Sequence record: SRR22947725_3552
DNA: 63,405 bases
Reading direction: 5' to 3' (one strand)
Shown here: positions 59,125 to 63,405 of the stretch, piece after piece
Layout: the number at the start of each line of letters is the position of its first letter
Position numbering within the stretch: position 1 is the stretch's first letter
Notes under the pieces: model-generated
What the model was told of the DNA's origin: nothing
The model's database searches: none
What the model saw: only the letters and a program-made list of their open reading frames with translations
Program-made: the position numbers and the translations under genes

Positions 59125-60312
59125 TCAGGGCTGTGATTTGGAATGAAAACCATAGACACTTCCATCCTCACTGCCGATCACAACCCAGTCGTTGATCACT
59201 GCAGGTGAACTCGTCAGCGGCTGCCCCACGTCAATGGACTGGATTTCCCTGCCATCTTCAAGCCGCACGCGATAAAGCCTGCCGTCTTCGGAGCCAAAAA
59301 CGACTTCCTCGCCCACCACTACAGGTGAGCTATCCACCTTGCCCCGAGTGGAAAATCGCCAGATTCGTTCCCCCGTTTCACGGTTCAAGCAGTGCAATTG
59401 CCTGTCCCTGCCACCTATCATGACTTTATCTTCAACGATTGCAGGTGATGAGTAGTAAGGAAAGCTACGGTCACGATACTTCCATTTGAGTGATCCCTGG
59501 TCGAGGTCGAAACATAGGAATTCACTTTCATAATGCCCCACATAAACCTTGGAACCTGCCATCGCGACGGATCCAGCAATGTAAGCACCAGCTTCTATCT
59601 CCTTAACCTTTTTGCCATCGGAAAGTTGTATTACATGCAGCAGCGCATCACAGCCACCGAATACGGTTTGGCCATTCGACACAGCAGGCGAGCCATTGAT
59701 GTAGTTTTCAGTCTCATAATCCCAAACTTTCGTGCCATCGTCAGCTCGAATGCAATGAAGGCGAAAGTCATAACTTCCTGCCAGTATCCAGGTATTTTTT
59801 CCATCTGGCGATTGAATCCAATTTGGGCCCCCCAGAACTTGATCTTCGGTTTCATATTTCCAAACGAGCTTTCCATCTGCAGCCCGTAGTTTGTAGACGA
59901 ATCCGTCTCCCGAACCTACGTAAACATGGTCTTCAAGAACGAGTGGCGAGCTTTCTACGTTTCCCTGAGTTTCGAATTTCCAGATGAGCGATCCATCATT
60001 TAAATTCAAGGCATAAACAAAACCATCATCCGATCCGATGAAGACACGGCGTTTGACGATGGCCGCCGATGATTTGATAGAGGATTGGGCTTTAAATACC
60101 CAGGTTTCTTGGAGGGAGGCTCCTAGTTTCGCAGGTGAAAAACCATCAAGAGAAGGATTCCCTCGATACATGGGCCACGACTCCGCCGAGGCAATGCCTT
60201 CAGCGGCATCGGCTGTTTCCGTCTCTTCTGCCAGCAATCCGCTCAAGAGCAAAAAAGAAGCAAGTAAGAAACAAAAAGCTTTGGGTTGAAAAAATCTTTG
60301 CTGGTTCATCAT
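59125..60312 (-). CDS. Secreted PQQ-like beta-propeller repeat protein (BamB-like)
   Basis: Signal peptide; WPMYRGN; repeated SSP...GSxDG...W blades. Confidence 0.88.
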   Translation of the reverse strand: MMNQQRFFQPKAFCFLLASFLLLSGLLAEETETADAAEGIASAESWPMYRGNPSLDGFSPAKLGASLQETWVFKAQSSIKSSAAIVKRRVFIGSDDGFVYALNLNDGSLIWKFETQGNVESSPLVLEDHVYVGSGDGFVYKLRAADGKLVWKYETEDQVLGGPNWIQSPDGKNTWILAGSYDFRLHCIRADDGTKVWDYETENYINGSPAVSNGQTVFGGCDALLHVIQLSDGKKVKEIEAGAYIAGSVAMAGSKVYVGHYESEFLCFDLDQGSLKWKYRDRSFPYYSSPAIVEDKVMIGGRDRQLHCLNRETGERIWRFSTRGKVDSSPVVVGEEVVFGSEDGRLYRVRLEDGREIQSIDVGQPLTSSPAVINDWVVIGSEDGSVYGFHSKSQP

Positions 60313-60449
60313 CAGGTATCCTAAATTACAGCATTCTCATAAATGTGAAATTAATACCTATACGTATCATTCCTAGTCCAAAAAGCAACACTTAAGAATT
60401 CGAATTCCGGAGAGAAATGAAAGTAAAACGAGTCAGGGTGGTCACAAAA

Positions 60450-61508
60450 TCAAGGGATGATCTCAATTTTGTTGGAGGCGTCGGAAGTAAATTCGCCTAT
60501 CTCTGCTGCATGCAAATTGTTTGAGGTTAATTCGCGGAGCAAAGATGCTGCTTTGCCAGGTTCAACGGCGAACAATAAACCTCCGGAAGTCTGAGCATCG
60601 CAGAGCAGCAATTGATCAATTTCGTCGATTGCAGCATCAAAATATACAGACCGTTTGATCGCATCCAGATTCCGATGAGTTCCCCCTGGGATAAAATCCA
60701 GTTCAGCAAGTTGGCGCACCCCTTTTAGAAAGGGAACTTTCGATAACTGAACACGGCCACTTACCCCATCAAGCATTTCACGCAGATGCCCTAATAATCC
60801 AAACCCAGTCACATCGGTGCATGCACGCACTTGCGTCTGCTGTCCAATTTCCGATGCCTTTCGATTGAGCGCAGCCATTGAATCGATGGCTAACCGCTCA
60901 ATTTCAGTATCCTTGTGACCCGCTCTCAATGCAGTCGTGACAACACCGACACCTATGGGTTTCGTTAGAATGAGTTTATCCCCTGGTTTAGCCCCAATGT
61001 TCGTCCAGTATTGATCGGGATGCACAAAGCCGGTGACACTCAGCCCATACTTGGGTTCGCTGTCATCAATGCTGTGCCCCCCTGCGATTTGAATACCCGC
61101 TTCCGCGGCTTTGTCAGCCCCCCCCCGCAGGATGTCCGCGAGCACTGACAAAGGCAGTGACTTATCTTTACGAGGAAAGCCAACGATGTTTAAAGCCACG
61201 GTGGGCCGACCGCCCATGGCGTAAACATCACTCAACGCATTGGCGGCTGCTATCGCTCCGAAGAGATATGGATCGTCCACGACAGGAGTGAAGAAATCAA
61301 CCGTTTGAATGATTGCAAGCTCGTCGCTGACGCGGTACACGGCAGCGTCATCCGAAGTATGCGTTCCTACGAGAATGTTCGGATCGGAGATGGCTGGTAA
61401 ATCGCCCAGAACCTGAGCAAGGTCTTCAGGACCTAATTTAGCAGCTCAACCTGCACAATGAGACCATTGGGTCAGGGCGACTGTGTTATGTTTTTTTTTC
61501 GAATCCAT
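60450..61508 (-). CDS. selD: Selenide, water dikinase (selenophosphate synthetase), selenocysteine-containing; UGA at codon 21
   Basis: ATG 61508 reads MDSKKKHNTVALTQWSHCAG-TGA-AAKLGPEDL...SDDAAVYR in frame with the track ORF; TVDFFTP, NALSDVYAMGG, GGHS, DVTGFGLLGH, DAQTSGGLL; 352 aa. Confidence 0.95.
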
Positions 61509-61572
61509 TACGGTAAATTAAGTCTAGCACTATCAGGAACATTTGAAAACGAATAGTTGAAAATGGTTCCGT

Positions 61573-63210
61573 GTGATCCAAGGGTTGAAATCTACACTCA
61601 ATTGGCTTGTATATTTCTCTGGAATTTCGGAAAAACACTCTATGCCCCATTGCGTGTCGAATTCACAAATAAAATCCCAATCCAGAATACTCAAATCTAC
61701 CGTGCTACTGCTGATTGTTGTATTTTTTTTGGTAAGCCTTGCTCAAGCACAGCCTGTTCTAAGCAAACCTAATATCATCATTATTTATGCAGATGACCTT
61801 GGGTATGCGGATGTGGGCTGCTACGGAGCCACTCAGGTGAAAACACCCAACATCGACCGCCTTGCCAATGAGGGCTTACTGTTCACAGATGGACATGCAC
61901 CAGCTGCAACCTGTACTCCGTCGAGATTTGCCATGTTGACAGGTCAATACGCATGGCGCCAGAAAGGCACAGGCATTGCGCGAGGTGATGCCGCACTGAT
62001 CATTGATCCGGAAACAATGACCATGCCTGATCTCATGAAAAAATCAGGATATCAAACGGGTGTGGTTGGCAAGTGGCACCTGGGGCTGGGCCCCAATGGT
62101 GGACCCAACTGGAATGGACGAATAAAACCCGGTCCTTTGGAGATCGGTTTTGACTATGCCTTCCTGATCCCCGCCACAGGCGATCGGGTGCCATGCGTTT
62201 ACGTCGAAAACCATCATGTGGTCAATTTGGACCCAAAAGACCCGATTCAGGTCAATTTCAAGAAGCGTGTCGGCAGCGAGCCCATTGGAAAAGAGCACCC
62301 GGAATTGCTGAAAATTCACCCCAGCCATGGCCACGATCGAACCATCATCAATGGGATCAGCCGCATAGGATATATGACGGGTGGTAAAACAGCTCATTGG
62401 AAAGATGAGGATATGGCCGATGATATCACATCCAAGGCATTGAAGTTCATAGACAGAAACGCGGCAGAACCTTTCTTTCTCTTTTTCTCACTTCATGACA
62501 TCCATGTTCCGCGGGTACCCCATCCACGCTTTGTCGGCAAAACAGCGATGGGGCCAAGAGGTGATGCAATCGTCCAAACAGATTGGTGCGTAGGTGAAAT
62601 CATGAAAAAACTGGACGATCTGAATATCGCTGATTCGACGCTCATTCTTTTCACAAGTGATAACGGCCCTGTCATCGATGATGGATATCAAGACGACGCT
62701 GTTGAAAAACTCGGCAAACATAATCCGGCCGGCCCTCTGCGTGGCGGGAAATACAGTGCCTTTGAGGCAGGCACTCGTGTACCGTGGATCATGCGTTGGC
62801 CGGGAAAAATAAAACCAGGCAAGAGCAGTGCATTGGTATCGCAGGTCGATTTACCTTCCAGCTTTGCACATCTCGCCAATGTTGAGGTTCCGCATGATGC
62901 CATACCAGACAGTTTTAACGTAATGGATGCACTGCTGGGAAATAGCAAAAGCGGACGTGACCATCTCGTTGAGCAGGCAAGGACCCTATCCCTGAGGGTT
63001 GGTGATTGGAAGTGGATCAGTCCTGCAAAGGGTGCCAGAATCAATAAAAACACCAATACGGAATTAGGAAACGACCCCAAAGGCTTACTCTATTATCTTG
63101 GTGATGATTTGGGGGAGAAACGTGAATTATCCAATGCATATCCTGAAAAAGCTCGAGAAATGGAGCGACTATTGTCACAAATCAAGGAAAACAAGCGCAG
63201 CAGACCGTAA
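61573..63210 (+). CDS. Arylsulfatase (Cys-type)
   Basis: PNIIIIYADDLG, CTPSR, GKWHLG, SDNG; true start possibly 61642. Confidence 0.92.
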   Translation: MIQGLKSTLNWLVYFSGISEKHSMPHCVSNSQIKSQSRILKSTVLLLIVVFFLVSLAQAQPVLSKPNIIIIYADDLGYADVGCYGATQVKTPNIDRLANEGLLFTDGHAPAATCTPSRFAMLTGQYAWRQKGTGIARGDAALIIDPETMTMPDLMKKSGYQTGVVGKWHLGLGPNGGPNWNGRIKPGPLEIGFDYAFLIPATGDRVPCVYVENHHVVNLDPKDPIQVNFKKRVGSEPIGKEHPELLKIHPSHGHDRTIINGISRIGYMTGGKTAHWKDEDMADDITSKALKFIDRNAAEPFFLFFSLHDIHVPRVPHPRFVGKTAMGPRGDAIVQTDWCVGEIMKKLDDLNIADSTLILFTSDNGPVIDDGYQDDAVEKLGKHNPAGPLRGGKYSAFEAGTRVPWIMRWPGKIKPGKSSALVSQVDLPSSFAHLANVEVPHDAIPDSFNVMDALLGNSKSGRDHLVEQARTLSLRVGDWKWISPAKGARINKNTNTELGNDPKGLLYYLGDDLGEKRELSNAYPEKAREMERLLSQIKENKRSRP

Positions 63211-63312
63211 TAAACAGATGGACTTTAACGTTAGCGTAGAACTTTTTTACTTCACAAACTTGCAAGAAGTGGTAAATAATTGCACTCAGAATTTACGCAC
63301 CGTTTTTAACAG

Positions 63313-63405
63313 ATGAAATTAAATACACACTATTCAAACAGAAGGAGTAGATCTGGATTTACCCTGATTGAGCTACTCGTCGTTATTGCCATTATTGCCA
63401 TTCTG
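63313..63405 (+). CDS. Prepilin-type N-terminal cleavage/methylation protein, partial (runs off the window)
   Basis: My translation: [31 protein letters not shown]; not in the ORF track. Confidence 0.9.
   Translation, partial: MKLNTHYSNRRSRSGFTLIELLVVIAIIAIL

Noticed and set aside
60450-61340. selD as a truncated 296-aa ORF or pseudogene
   Set aside because: The upstream frame continues through a UGA at exactly the catalytic Cys/Sec position to an ATG at 61508

Overview
Gene-dense ~63 kb chromosomal window, most likely from a Verrucomicrobiota/PVC-group bacterium (inferred from DUF1559-type prepilins, Planctomycete cytochrome c domains, PVC-type CxxCH dehydrogenase, sulfatases and CotH/LTD proteins). 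I saw no rRNA, tRNA, CRISPR array or mobile element. Main points: (1) A clear SAM-I riboswitch (6580-6706, minus) leads a threonine-synthase-like PLP enzyme, a Gly-Gly sulfur carrier and a NIL protein, divergent from a short MetE-like gene; this suggests sulfur-carrier-dependent homocysteine synthesis. (2) selD is truncated in the ORF track and really starts at 61508, with an in-frame UGA (selenocysteine) at the catalytic position. (3) Downstream of selD lies a tight five-gene operon (beta-propeller, HemN-like radical SAM, chorismate-lyase-like, halogenase-like flavoprotein, GT4) that looks like an uncharacterised biosynthetic cluster. (4) A phnW-phosphodiesterase-pbfA aminophosphonate cluster lacks phnX in this window. 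(5) Four DUF1559-type prepilins lie near PilG/PilI-like ABC genes and large secreted proteins that share a ~60-aa terminal module, a possible PVC secretion or display system. All family calls come from motif recognition by eye, not database searches.
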